Positions 30,631 to 40,115 of a DNA stretch of 64,000 nt are shown here, one piece after another; positions within the stretch are counted from its first letter, which is position 1; every line of letters begins with the position of its first letter. The notes below the pieces were generated by a model. That model saw only the letters and a program-made list of their open reading frames with translations. It did not search any database and was not told the DNA's origin. Source of the stretch: Alphaproteobacteria bacterium (GTDB lineage: Bacteria; Pseudomonadota; Alphaproteobacteria; GCA-2731375). The stretch spans positions 256,001 to 320,000 of the forward strand of contig CBDDBZ010000035.1 of the NCBI GenBank assembly GCA_965225945.1, read 5' to 3'. The translations under genes were made by a program, and so were the position numbers.

Positions 30631-30765
30631 AGAGCAATATTCGAACGTATTGAACCGGTGCGGTTCAATACGTTCGGATAAAATTGCTCTATTCTTCCAA
30701 GTTGGCAGAGCAGCATCCACCAGTTGGATCGCTGAAAGCGATTTCCTTCTGGTGGATGCTGCTCT
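30631..30765. repeat. Double-hairpin intergenic repeat, copy B (intact)
   Basis: AGAGCAAT..GAACGTATTGAACC / GGTTCAATACGTTC..ATTGCTCT, then AGAGCAGCATCCACCAG..CTGGTGGATGCTGCTCT. Confidence 0.85.
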
Positions 30766-30789
30766 GACGAGAGGCGGGCGGCACGGCCC

Positions 30790-31734
30790 ATGAAGGCAAT
30801 CTTTCACCATGCGACCAGCCCGGGCCTGGTTACGCGGCTCCGGGCGGCGTTGCCCGAGTGGCTCCAGGTCGAGACCTGCGACGAGGCCGACGAGGCGCGC
30901 CTGTTTCGCCTGCTGCCCGGGACGGACGTGCTGTGGCATGTGCTGAAGCCGGCGACGGCCGAGGTGATCGATGCCGCGCCCGCCCTGCGGCTGATCCAGA
31001 AGATCGGCGTCGGCGTCAACACCATCGATCTGGCGCGGGCGGCGGCGCGCGACATCGCGGTCTGCAACATGCCCGGCACCAACAGCCAGGCGGTGGCCGA
31101 AGCGACGCTGATGTTGATGCTGGCGGCGCTGCGCCGTGCCGTCCCCTTCGACCGGGCGACGCGGGAGGGGCGCGGCTGGGCGCTCGAGCCCGAGGATTTT
31201 GACAAGGTCGGCGAGATCGCCGGCAAGACGGTGGGGCTGATCGGCTATGGCGCGGTGGCACGCCGAGTGGAGCCGGCGCTCCGCGCGCTCGGCGCCCGGG
31301 TGCTCTACCTCGCGACGGCGGTCAAGGCCGACGCCACGGCGGAATGGCGGGAGCTGCCGGCGCTGCTGGCGGAATCCGACATCGTCTCGCTGCACGTGCC
31401 TCTGACGGCGGAGACCGAAGGCATGCTGGACCGGGCCGCATTCGCCCTCATGAAGCCCGGCGCGGTGCTGATCAACGGCGCCCGGGGCGGGCTGGTGGAC
31501 GAGGCGGCCCTGCTCGAGGCGCTGGGCGACGGCCGGCTCGCCGCCGCCGGCCTCGACGTCTATGCGAGCGAGCCGGTGGCGCCCGACAATCCGCTGCTGG
31601 GGCTCGACAACGTGGTATTGAGCCCGCATATCGCCTGGCTGACGCCGGAGACCCTGGACCGCAGCCTCGGCGTCGCGATCGAGAACTGCCGCCGGCTTCG
31701 CGACGGCGAGGCGCTGTTGCACCGCGTCGTCTGA
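30790..31734 (+). CDS. 2-hydroxyacid dehydrogenase
   Basis: GVGVNTID, GYGAVA, INGARGGLVDE, SPHIAW. Confidence 0.92.
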   Translation: MKAIFHHATSPGLVTRLRAALPEWLQVETCDEADEARLFRLLPGTDVLWHVLKPATAEVIDAAPALRLIQKIGVGVNTIDLARAAARDIAVCNMPGTNSQAVAEATLMLMLAALRRAVPFDRATREGRGWALEPEDFDKVGEIAGKTVGLIGYGAVARRVEPALRALGARVLYLATAVKADATAEWRELPALLAESDIVSLHVPLTAETEGMLDRAAFALMKPGAVLINGARGGLVDEAALLEALGDGRLAAAGLDVYASEPVAPDNPLLGLDNVVLSPHIAWLTPETLDRSLGVAIENCRRLRDGEALLHRVV

Positions 31735-31771
31735 CGCGGGGCGGCACGGGGGGAGGGGGAAGAGAGCGGGC

Positions 31772-33238
31772 ATGGGCGAGACCACCTGCATTCGCGCCGC
31801 CGAATGGGTCGTCGCCTGGGACGATACGGTCGGCCGCCACGGCTATCTGCGCGGCGCCGACGTCGTCTTCACGGGCGAGACCATCGACTTCGTCGGCGGC
31901 CACTACGAGGGGCCGGTGGCCCGCGAGATCGACGGCCGCGACCGCCTGGTGATGCCGGGCCTGGTGGACATCCATTCCCATGCCATGTCGGAGCCGATGA
32001 ACAAGGGCTTCACCGACGAGGCGGGGAGCCCGAGGCTCGGCATGAGCGGGCTCTACGAATACATGCCCGCCTTCCGCCCGGACGCGGAAGGGGTCGCCGC
32101 CTGCGCCGAGCTGGCCTATGCCGAGCTGCTGCTCTCGGGCGTCACCACGCTGGTCGACCTCTCAGCTCCCTGGCCGGGCTGGGCCGACCTGATGGCCCGA
32201 AGCGGGCTTCGCGGCGTGCTGGCGCCGATGTACCGCTCCGCCCGCTGGTACACGGCCAACGGCCACGAAGTGCGCTACGAATGGGACGAAGCGGCGGGGC
32301 GCGAGGGCCTGGAGGCCGCACTTTCGGTGATCGAGGCGGCCCGCCAGCACCCCTCGGGCCGGCTTTCCGGCATGCTGTGCCCAAGCCAGATCGACACCTG
32401 CACGGAAGAATTGCTCCGCGACAGCGTCGCCGCGGCCGAGGAGCGGGGATTGGCGATCCAGATCCATGCGGCGCAGTCGGTCGTGGAGTTCCAGGAGATG
32501 ACCCGGCGCCACGGGATCACGCCGATCCAGTGGCTGGACGAAATCGGCTTCCTCGGCCCCGGGGCCATCGTCGGCCACGCGATCTTCCTCGACCACCATT
32601 CCTGGGTCCGCTGGCATGGGCGGCGCGATCTCGACCTGCTGGCGAATAGCGGGACCTCGGTGGCGCATTGCCCGACCGTGTTCCTGCGCCGCGGCATCCT
32701 GCTGGAGAGCCTGGGCGCATACCTCCGCGCCGGGGTCAATTGCGGCCTCGGCACCGACACCTTCCCGCACAACTTCCTGGAGGAGATGCGCCATGCCGCG
32801 ACGATGTCGCGCGTCGCCTCGGGCGACGTGACCGACCTCGGCGCCGGCGACGTGCTGGATACCGCCACCCTCGGCGGCGCCAGGGCGCTGAAGCGCGACG
32901 ACATTGGCCGGCTCGCACCTGGGGCCAAGGCCGATATCGTGCTGGTCGACGTCGCCCATCCGGCGATGCGCCCGGCCCGCGATCCCCTGAAGAGCCTGAT
33001 CTACGCCGCTTGCGATCGCGCCGTCAGCGAGGTCTATATCGGCGGGACGCGCGTGGTGGCCGACGGCGAGGTGCTGACCCTGGACCGGGCCGATGCGGCG
33101 CGCCGCGTACACGAGGCGCAGGCCCGCGCCGAAACCCGCGTCCCCGGGCTCGACTACGCCGGGCGCACGGCCGAGGAACTGGTGCCGCCGAGCCTGCCGC
33201 CGGCGCGACTGTCTCGAGGGGAGGAAAGCAAGCCATGA
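31772..33238 (+). CDS. Amidohydrolase (TRZ/ATZ deaminase-like)
   Basis: PGLVDIHSH, IHAAQS..E, AHCP, LGTD, GAKADIV. Confidence 0.9.
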   Translation: MGETTCIRAAEWVVAWDDTVGRHGYLRGADVVFTGETIDFVGGHYEGPVAREIDGRDRLVMPGLVDIHSHAMSEPMNKGFTDEAGSPRLGMSGLYEYMPAFRPDAEGVAACAELAYAELLLSGVTTLVDLSAPWPGWADLMARSGLRGVLAPMYRSARWYTANGHEVRYEWDEAAGREGLEAALSVIEAARQHPSGRLSGMLCPSQIDTCTEELLRDSVAAAEERGLAIQIHAAQSVVEFQEMTRRHGITPIQWLDEIGFLGPGAIVGHAIFLDHHSWVRWHGRRDLDLLANSGTSVAHCPTVFLRRGILLESLGAYLRAGVNCGLGTDTFPHNFLEEMRHAATMSRVASGDVTDLGAGDVLDTATLGGARALKRDDIGRLAPGAKADIVLVDVAHPAMRPARDPLKSLIYAACDRAVSEVYIGGTRVVADGEVLTLDRADAARRVHEAQARAETRVPGLDYAGRTAEELVPPSLPPARLSRGEESKP

Positions 33239-34281
33239 GCGAAACAATCGTCGATCTCTATAGCGACACCGTCTCCCGGCCGACGCCGGCGATGCGCAGG
33301 GCAATCGCCGAGGCCGAGGTCGGCAACGAGCAGGCCTTCGACGATCCGACCGTCAACAAGCTCTGCGCCATGACGGCGGCGCTGCTCGGCACCGAGGACG
33401 CGGTGTTCCTGCCGTCCGGCACCATGTGCAACCAGATCGCCTTCCGGGTTTATTGCAAAGCCGGCGACGAGATCATCCTCGATAAGACGGCGCACCCCTT
33501 GAATTCGGAATCGGGGGGGCCCGCGGCGCTCTCGTCTTGCGCGACCCGGCCCTTGGATGGCGTACGCGGCATCTACACCGCCGAACAAGTCCGCGAGGCG
33601 ATTGCCGATCCCGGCCGCCGCCACGCGCCGCGCAGCCGGGTGCTCTCGGTGGAGAACACGTCCAATTCCGGCGGCGGCAAGATCTGGCCCGTCGAACGGG
33701 TGCGCGAGGTGACGGCGGTGGCCCATGAGCATGGTTTGAAGACTCACATGGACGGTGCCCGGCTGCTGAACGCGGTGGTCGAGACGGGCACGCCGGCGGC
33801 CGAGTATGGCGCCTGCTTCGATTCGCTCTGGATCGATCTCTCGAAGGGGCTCGGCTGTCCGGTCGGCGGCGTGCTCGCCGGCTCCAAGGGCTTCATCGAA
33901 GAGGCCTGGTTCTACAAGCAGCAGCTCGGCGGCGCCATGCGCCAGGCCGGCATCATCGCCGCCGCCGGCGTCCATGCGCTGGACCACCATGTCGAGCGCC
34001 TGGCCGAGGATCACGTCAACGCGCGCCGCCTGGCGACGCGCATTCGCGAGATCGAGGGCGTGGCGCTGGTCTATGACGAGATCGAGACCAACATGGTCTA
34101 TTTCGACGTCGCCGGCCTCAACCTGACGGCGGCCCAGACCCGCGACCGGCTGCGCGAGCACGGCGTTCACATCGGCGCCACCGGCCGGACGGTGATGCGC
34201 GCGGTGACCCACATCGACGTCGACGCCGCCGGCATCGAGACGGCGGGCGACGCGCTGGCGGCGGTGGCGGGGGAAGCCTAA
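33235..34281 (+). CDS. ltaE: Low-specificity L-threonine aldolase family
   Basis: DLYSDTVSRPT, SGTMCNQ, HMDGARL, LSKGLGCPVG, GGAMRQAG. Confidence 0.85.
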   Translation: MSETIVDLYSDTVSRPTPAMRRAIAEAEVGNEQAFDDPTVNKLCAMTAALLGTEDAVFLPSGTMCNQIAFRVYCKAGDEIILDKTAHPLNSESGGPAALSSCATRPLDGVRGIYTAEQVREAIADPGRRHAPRSRVLSVENTSNSGGGKIWPVERVREVTAVAHEHGLKTHMDGARLLNAVVETGTPAAEYGACFDSLWIDLSKGLGCPVGGVLAGSKGFIEEAWFYKQQLGGAMRQAGIIAAAGVHALDHHVERLAEDHVNARRLATRIREIEGVALVYDEIETNMVYFDVAGLNLTAAQTRDRLREHGVHIGATGRTVMRAVTHIDVDAAGIETAGDALAAVAGEA

Positions 34282-34297
34282 GGGGTGCCGGACGGGT

Positions 34298-35443
34298 CTA
34301 CTCCAAGGTCTCGAACAGGCGGATCATCAGGGCGGCCCGCTCCTCCAGCGAGCTGAAGGTGATGTATTCCCAGTCGGCGTGCGCGCCGGCCCCGTCGGCG
34401 CCGAGGCCGTCGAGCGTCGGCACGCCGAGGGCGGCGGTGAAATTGCCGTCGCTGCCGCCACCGGTATAGGTGTCCTCCAGTTCGAAGCCGATCTCGGCGG
34501 CGAGGCCCTTGGCGTGCTCGAACAGCGCCTCGATCCCGGCATTCTTGACGAAGGGCGGCCGGTTCATGCCGCCGCTGATCTCCAGCGTCACGTCCGGATC
34601 GACGGCCTCCAGCGCCAACATCCGCCGGCACATCTCCTCGCCGCTCAGGGCGTCAGGCACCCGCATGTCGATCTCGGCCCGGCAATGGTGCGGCACCACG
34701 TTGACCATGGTCCCGCCCTGAACGAAGCCGACGTTGGTGGTGACGCCGGTCGCGAAATCGGTCATCGCCTCGATCGCCAGGATCTGCTGCGCCATCTCGC
34801 GCACCGCGCTGCGCCCGTCCTGGGGGCGGGAGCCGGAATGGGCCGACTGGCCGGTGATCGTCAGGTCGAAGCGCGCCACCCCCTTGCGCCCGGTGACGAT
34901 CTTGCCGCCGTCGCGCGCCGGCTCGGCCACCAGAACATACTTGTTGCGCAGCGCCTCGGCCTCGATCACCGCCCGGCTGGTGGGGCTGCCGATCTCCTCC
35001 TCCGGTATGAAGAGGAAGGTGATCGGCAGCGCCGAGGGGCGGCCCTCGCGCACCAGATGACGATAGGCGTAGTAGCCCAGATAGCCGCCCGCCTTCATGT
35101 CGTAGATGCCGGGGCCGTGCACCTTGTCGCCGTCGCGGCGCACCGGGTTGATATCGGCCAGCGAGCCGATTCGGTGCACCGTGTCGAGATGGGCGAGGAA
35201 GAGGATCCCCGGCCGCTGGCCGCCCCAGGGGCTGCGGCCCTTGAGGATATCGCCGTAGCCGTCCCGCCCCGGGGTCCGCTCGACCTCGGCGCCGAGCAGG
35301 CGCAACTCCGCCTCGACGTGGTCGACCATCGCGTTGACCGCCGCCGCGTCGTCGGTCGGGCTCTCGATCCGGACCCAACGGAGGAGCCCCTCGAGAATTT
35401 CCTCGCCGTTCACCACCGGGCGATTGCCGCTCTCGGCCATCAT
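34298..35443 (-). CDS. M20 metallopeptidase (glutamate carboxypeptidase-like)
   Basis: HLDTV, GPGIYDMKAG, EEEIGS, GGGSDGN, DGLG..G.GAH. Confidence 0.92.
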   Translation of the reverse strand: MMAESGNRPVVNGEEILEGLLRWVRIESPTDDAAAVNAMVDHVEAELRLLGAEVERTPGRDGYGDILKGRSPWGGQRPGILFLAHLDTVHRIGSLADINPVRRDGDKVHGPGIYDMKAGGYLGYYAYRHLVREGRPSALPITFLFIPEEEIGSPTSRAVIEAEALRNKYVLVAEPARDGGKIVTGRKGVARFDLTITGQSAHSGSRPQDGRSAVREMAQQILAIEAMTDFATGVTTNVGFVQGGTMVNVVPHHCRAEIDMRVPDALSGEEMCRRMLALEAVDPDVTLEISGGMNRPPFVKNAGIEALFEHAKGLAAEIGFELEDTYTGGGSDGNFTAALGVPTLDGLGADGAGAHADWEYITFSSLEERAALMIRLFETLE

Positions 35444-35618
35444 CGCTTCTCCTTCGATGGGCCCATGATCCGCGTGCCTGGAATTGCGCGGCCCCGGTTC
35501 CCTCTCGGGCCCACGACGGGCGGTTCCGGAGCTTCGGAGACCACGAGAAAAAAACTTCGCCAACTGAGGTGATGACAATGAGGAGCGCCCGGACGCTTCG
35601 CAATCGCCATCCGAACCC

Positions 35619-37283
35619 TCAATCGTCGTCCGCCGCTTCCGCCGTCGTCGTGCCGTCATAGCCCCGGCGCCGATCCAACTCGATGCGGGCCGGGTCGCGC
35701 TCGCCCGGCGGCCCATAACCACCGCCACCCGGCGTCTTCACGTCCACCCAATCACCTGGCCGCAGCACATAGCCCTCGCCCTTGGAAAGGTGTTCCGGCA
35801 CCGTGCGGCGATTGCCTTGGCCGATCTCGATCTCGTTCACGGCGCCGGCCTCGCCGCCCAGCATGCCCGGCGGGCCGAAGCGACCGTGGTCCATCAAAAA
35901 CGACGCCTTGCCCTCGCCGCGCAACAGGCGGATCCGATAATCGACGCCGAAGCCGCCGCGATGGCGCCCCTGGCCGCCCGAGCCCTCGCGCAGCGCATAG
36001 CGCTCGAACAACAAGGGATAGTGCTGCTCCAGGATCTCGATCGGCTGGGTCTTGGAGATGCCGACCGAGGAGCAGCCGTTGGTCAGCCCGTCGGTCTCCC
36101 ACCAGCCGCCGTAGCCGCCGCCGGAGAAGAAATACATGATGTAGTCGCGATTCCCCTCGGGGTCGTGGCCGCCGAGTGCCAGGTTGCCGCTGGTGCCGGC
36201 GGGTGCTGCGAACATCCGCTCCGGGATCGCCTGGCCCATGGCACCGAACACCGCCTCCATGATCCGTTGCGCCACCTCCGCCGCGCAGCCGGCTACCGGG
36301 CGGGGATATTGGGCGTAGAGGAAGGTTGTGTCGGGCACCGGGATATGCAGCGGCTCGAAACAGCCGGCGTTGATCGGCACCTCGGGGAAGATGTGCTTGA
36401 TGGCGACGTAGACCGAGGACTGCGTCGTCGCCCAGACCGAGTTCATCGGCCCCCGGCAGGGCGGGCTGGAGCGGGAGAAGTCGAAGGTGATCTCGCCGCC
36501 CTCGATCCTCATGTCGAGGGCGATGTCGAGCGGCTCGTTCACCACGCCGTCGCTGTCGATATGGGCGGTGAAGGAATAGGTGCCGTCCGGCACCTCCGCG
36601 ATCCGCGCCCGCATCATTATGGCGGAGCGGGTCTTCAATTCCACGATTCCGGCGTCCACCGTCTCGGCGCCATGGCGGTCCAGAAGCGCGGTCAGCCGCT
36701 TCTCGCCGGTCTTGAGGGCGCCGATCTGGGCCCGGATGTCGCCGATCCGCTCCTCCGGCACGCGGATGTTGTTGAGGATGATGTCGACAATGTCCTGCAC
36801 GATTTCGCCGCGCCGCATCAGCTTCACCGGCGGCAGCCGGAGGCCTTCCTGCTGGATCTCCGTCGCCGTGGAGTTGAAGCCGCCGGGCACCATGCCGCCG
36901 GTATCCGGCCAGTGCCCAGTGTTCGAGAGCCAGCACCAGAGCCGGCCCCGGTAATAAAACGGCATCACCATCTTGACGTCCATCAGGTGGGTGCCGCCGA
37001 GATAGGGATCGTTCTGGATGATGATGTCGCCCGGCTCCAGGTCCCTCCGCCGCTCGATCACCGCTTGCGTCGCGAACTGCATGACGCCGAGGAAGATCGG
37101 CAGGCCCAGCTCGCCCTGGCTGATCATCTCGCCGGTGTCGCGGTGATAGATGCCGTTGGAGCGGTCGTAGGCCTCCGAGATCACCGGCGAAAACGACGTC
37201 TTCTCGTGCACCAGGTCCATCTCGCTGCAGACCTGGCGCAGGCCGTTCTCAATGACGGCGAGCGTGACCGGATCGAGTTCCAT
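35619..37283 (-). CDS. hyuB: Hydantoinase B / oxoprolinase subunit
   Basis: NDPYLGGTHL.D, QEGLRLPP, GSGG.GRHRGG.G, TPGGGGYG. Confidence 0.9.
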   Translation of the reverse strand: MELDPVTLAVIENGLRQVCSEMDLVHEKTSFSPVISEAYDRSNGIYHRDTGEMISQGELGLPIFLGVMQFATQAVIERRRDLEPGDIIIQNDPYLGGTHLMDVKMVMPFYYRGRLWCWLSNTGHWPDTGGMVPGGFNSTATEIQQEGLRLPPVKLMRRGEIVQDIVDIILNNIRVPEERIGDIRAQIGALKTGEKRLTALLDRHGAETVDAGIVELKTRSAIMMRARIAEVPDGTYSFTAHIDSDGVVNEPLDIALDMRIEGGEITFDFSRSSPPCRGPMNSVWATTQSSVYVAIKHIFPEVPINAGCFEPLHIPVPDTTFLYAQYPRPVAGCAAEVAQRIMEAVFGAMGQAIPERMFAAPAGTSGNLALGGHDPEGNRDYIMYFFSGGGYGGWWETDGLTNGCSSVGISKTQPIEILEQHYPLLFERYALREGSGGQGRHRGGFGVDYRIRLLRGEGKASFLMDHGRFGPPGMLGGEAGAVNEIEIGQGNRRTVPEHLSKGEGYVLRPGDWVDVKTPGGGGYGPPGERDPARIELDRRRGYDGTTTAEAADDD

Positions 37284-37451
37284 GTTCTCTTACCTATCGG
37301 CTTGGGAGCGACAAGGCGCTTCGCATCGAACGTAGACGGCCCGGGAGTTTCGTCGATCGCCGGAGGGCGCCGGGCCGGGCGGGGCGTGGCGATCTAGCCG
37401 GTGTCGAGGGCGGGCACTTTCCTCGGAGTACCGGGCGAGCGGTCCCACATT

Positions 37452-37561
37452 CGTCATCGCGAGGTGCTGCGCGCCGTGGCGATCCAGGGGGGGTGCCTCC
37501 GTCGTCGATGCCGAGAGCGCGGCGCGACCGCCTGGATCGCCACGCTTCGCTCGCGATGACG
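37452..37561. repeat. REP-like palindromic element between hyuA and hyuB
   Basis: CGTCATCGCGAG...GTGGCGATCCAGG / CCTGGATCGCCAC...CTCGCGATGACG; half copy at 53006-53042. Confidence 0.75.
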
Positions 37562-37635
37562 GGGCTTTTTTCGGCATTGCACTTACCTTGCGACGGCTTT
37601 GACGTATCTGCGTTTCCATATGGCGCCACCGTGCC

Positions 37636-39687
37636 TCAGCCGCCGTCGACGGCGATGATCATGTTGCCGAATTCGTCGATAGCAGCGCTGGCGCCGGGGT
37701 CGACGAGGATGGTGGTGTCCGCCTGGACGACGATGGCGGGACCCTCGATTTCGTCGCCGGCCGCCAAACCGTCGCGCGCCAGGATCGGGGTCTCGACGAA
37801 GCCGTCCTCGAAATAGACCGGCCGAGTCGTGCCTGTGCCCGAGCCGCCGCCCGATTGGCCGCCCGCGCCGCCGCCGAGGCGGGCCAGGTCCAGCGCCGGG
37901 CGGCGGCCGAACACCGTGGTCCGGAGGTTGGCCAGGACCGGCACCATGTCCTCCAGCACGATCTCGAAGCGCTCCCGGTAGCGTTCCGCCAGACGCGCGG
38001 CGATTCGCTCGGGCGAAACGCCGGGGCCATCGATCACCATGCGAAAAACGTGGCTCTGGCCGCGGTAGAGCAGGTCCGCCTCGAACACCACCTCCACCGC
38101 TTCCGTCGCCACGCCCTCGGCGGCGATGGTCGCCCGCCCGCGCTCCGCCTGCTCGGCGAGGATGGCTTCGGCCTCGCCCGTGTCGACCTCGGCCAGCGGA
38201 CGCCAGAGGGTGGCGACATAGTCGTGGCGCAGGTCCGCCAGCACGCACCCCAAGGCCGAGGTGATGCCGGGAAAGCGCGGCACCAGCACCCTCGGGATGG
38301 CGAGCTCGCGGGCCAGCGCCACGGCATGCAGCGGCCCCGCGCCGCCGAAGGCGAAGAGGGCGAAGTCGCGCGGATCGTAGCCCTTCTCGATCGAGACCAG
38401 GCGGATCGCGGAGGCGAGCCGGTTGCCGGCGACGGCGAGGATGGCGGCGGCCGCGGCCACGGCGTCGAGGCCGAGGGGCGAGCCGACCTGGGCCAGCAGT
38501 GCCGCCTCGACCGCCCCCCCCGCCGCGCCGCCCTCGAGGCCGGCGAAGCCGGTCGGATCGACCCGCCCGAGAGCCAAGTTGGCGTCGGTCACCGTCACCC
38601 TATTCCCGCCCTTGGCGTAGCAGATCGGGCCCGGCTGGGCGCCCGCGCTCTCGGGCCCGACGCGGAGGATGCCGCCCTCGTCGACATGGGCGATCGAGCC
38701 GCCGCCGGCGCCGATGGTGTGGATGTCGACCATCGGCACCCTGACCGGCACGCCGTAGGCCAGGTCCTTCTCGGCCGAGATGGCGGGCTCGCCGCCCCGG
38801 ATCAGGCTGACGTCGAAGCTGGTGCCGCCCATGTCGCAGGCGATGAGGTCGGGGAAGCCGGATTGCGCGCCGATCCGGGCCGCCGCGATGGCGCCCGCGG
38901 CCGGGCCCGACATCACCGTCTGCACCGGCTGGCGGGCCGCCGCCGGCGCCGTCATGGTGCCGCCGTTGCCCTGCATCACCAGCAGCTCCCGGCCGTAGCC
39001 GGCAGCGTCCAGCCGTTCCGCGATACGGCCCAGATAGCGCGCCAGCACCGGCTGCACATAGGCGTTGACGGCGGCGGTGCTGCCGCGCTCGAACTCGCGA
39101 ACCTCGCTCAGAATCTCGCCGCTGGCGGTGACATAGTCGTTGGGCCAGACCTCGCGGGCGATGGCGTACGCGCGGCGCTCGTGCGCCGGGTTGGCGTAGG
39201 CGTGGAGGAAATGGATCACCACGGCCTCGGCGCCGAGCCGGATCAAGGTGCGAAGCGCGTCGCGCACCTCGTCCTCGTCGAGCGGCGTCACGATCCGGCC
39301 CTTGGCGTCCATCCGTTCCGCCACCTCGAGGCGGAGCTCGCGGTCGACCAAAGCCTCGAAGTGGCCGAACATGCCGTAATTGTTGGGCCGGGTGCGGCGG
39401 CCGAGTTCCAGGATGTCGCGGAAGCCCCGGGTGGTGATCAGGCCGACGCGGGCCCCCTTGCGCTCCAGCACCGAATTGGTGGCGATGGTGGTGCCGTGGA
39501 CGATCGCCGAAAGCTCGGGAAGTGCTGCCTGGGCGGCCTCCAGCGCGGCCATCACGCCCAACGATTGGTCCTCCGGCGTCGTCGCCACCTTGGCGACGCG
39601 GAAGCGGTCCGTCGTCGTATCGAGCACCACGAGATCGGTGTTGGTGCCGCCGACGTCGATTCCCGCCTGCCAATCGGTATCGCTCAC
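37636..39687 (-). CDS. hyuA: Hydantoinase A / oxoprolinase subunit
   Basis: IDVGGTNTD, HGTTIATN, DMGGTSFD, IGAGGGS, GGAGPLH. Confidence 0.9.
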   Translation of the reverse strand: MSDTDWQAGIDVGGTNTDLVVLDTTTDRFRVAKVATTPEDQSLGVMAALEAAQAALPELSAIVHGTTIATNSVLERKGARVGLITTRGFRDILELGRRTRPNNYGMFGHFEALVDRELRLEVAERMDAKGRIVTPLDEDEVRDALRTLIRLGAEAVVIHFLHAYANPAHERRAYAIAREVWPNDYVTASGEILSEVREFERGSTAAVNAYVQPVLARYLGRIAERLDAAGYGRELLVMQGNGGTMTAPAAARQPVQTVMSGPAAGAIAAARIGAQSGFPDLIACDMGGTSFDVSLIRGGEPAISAEKDLAYGVPVRVPMVDIHTIGAGGGSIAHVDEGGILRVGPESAGAQPGPICYAKGGNRVTVTDANLALGRVDPTGFAGLEGGAAGGAVEAALLAQVGSPLGLDAVAAAAAILAVAGNRLASAIRLVSIEKGYDPRDFALFAFGGAGPLHAVALARELAIPRVLVPRFPGITSALGCVLADLRHDYVATLWRPLAEVDTGEAEAILAEQAERGRATIAAEGVATEAVEVVFEADLLYRGQSHVFRMVIDGPGVSPERIAARLAERYRERFEIVLEDMVPVLANLRTTVFGRRPALDLARLGGGAGGQSGGGSGTGTTRPVYFEDGFVETPILARDGLAAGDEIEGPAIVVQADTTILVDPGASAAIDEFGNMIIAVDGG

Positions 39688-40115
39688 GCGTCTCTCCCGC
39701 TTCGTGGTGGGCGCATTCTGGCACCCGCGCGGCCCGCGCACCACCCGGCGGGCGCCGATGCCGAGGTGATCTTGGCCGACGTGAGTCGGGGCTCGGCGGT
39801 TTCCGCCGGCGGGCGGGTGGTAGCACCTCTCATGTCGGGAGCCGGGGGTGGAGTGGCCGTCGCCGGGCCCTGCCGGCCACGAGCGGGTGTCGCCAAATTT
39901 GACCGTTCAGGTTTCCCCAATATGTCGGCGGATCAGAGCAACTGAGCGACGATTCCAGCACCTCGAAGGCTTCGCTAGACTTCGACCCTGTCGGTGGGCA
40001 CGCGGAAATGTCCGGCGGCGATCGTCCCGGCGGACGTTGTCGATTGGCCAATGGCGACGATCTGGCAATCAGCACCACCCTGCGTTAATCTCATAGCGGT
40101 CAGGCGAGGGATGAC

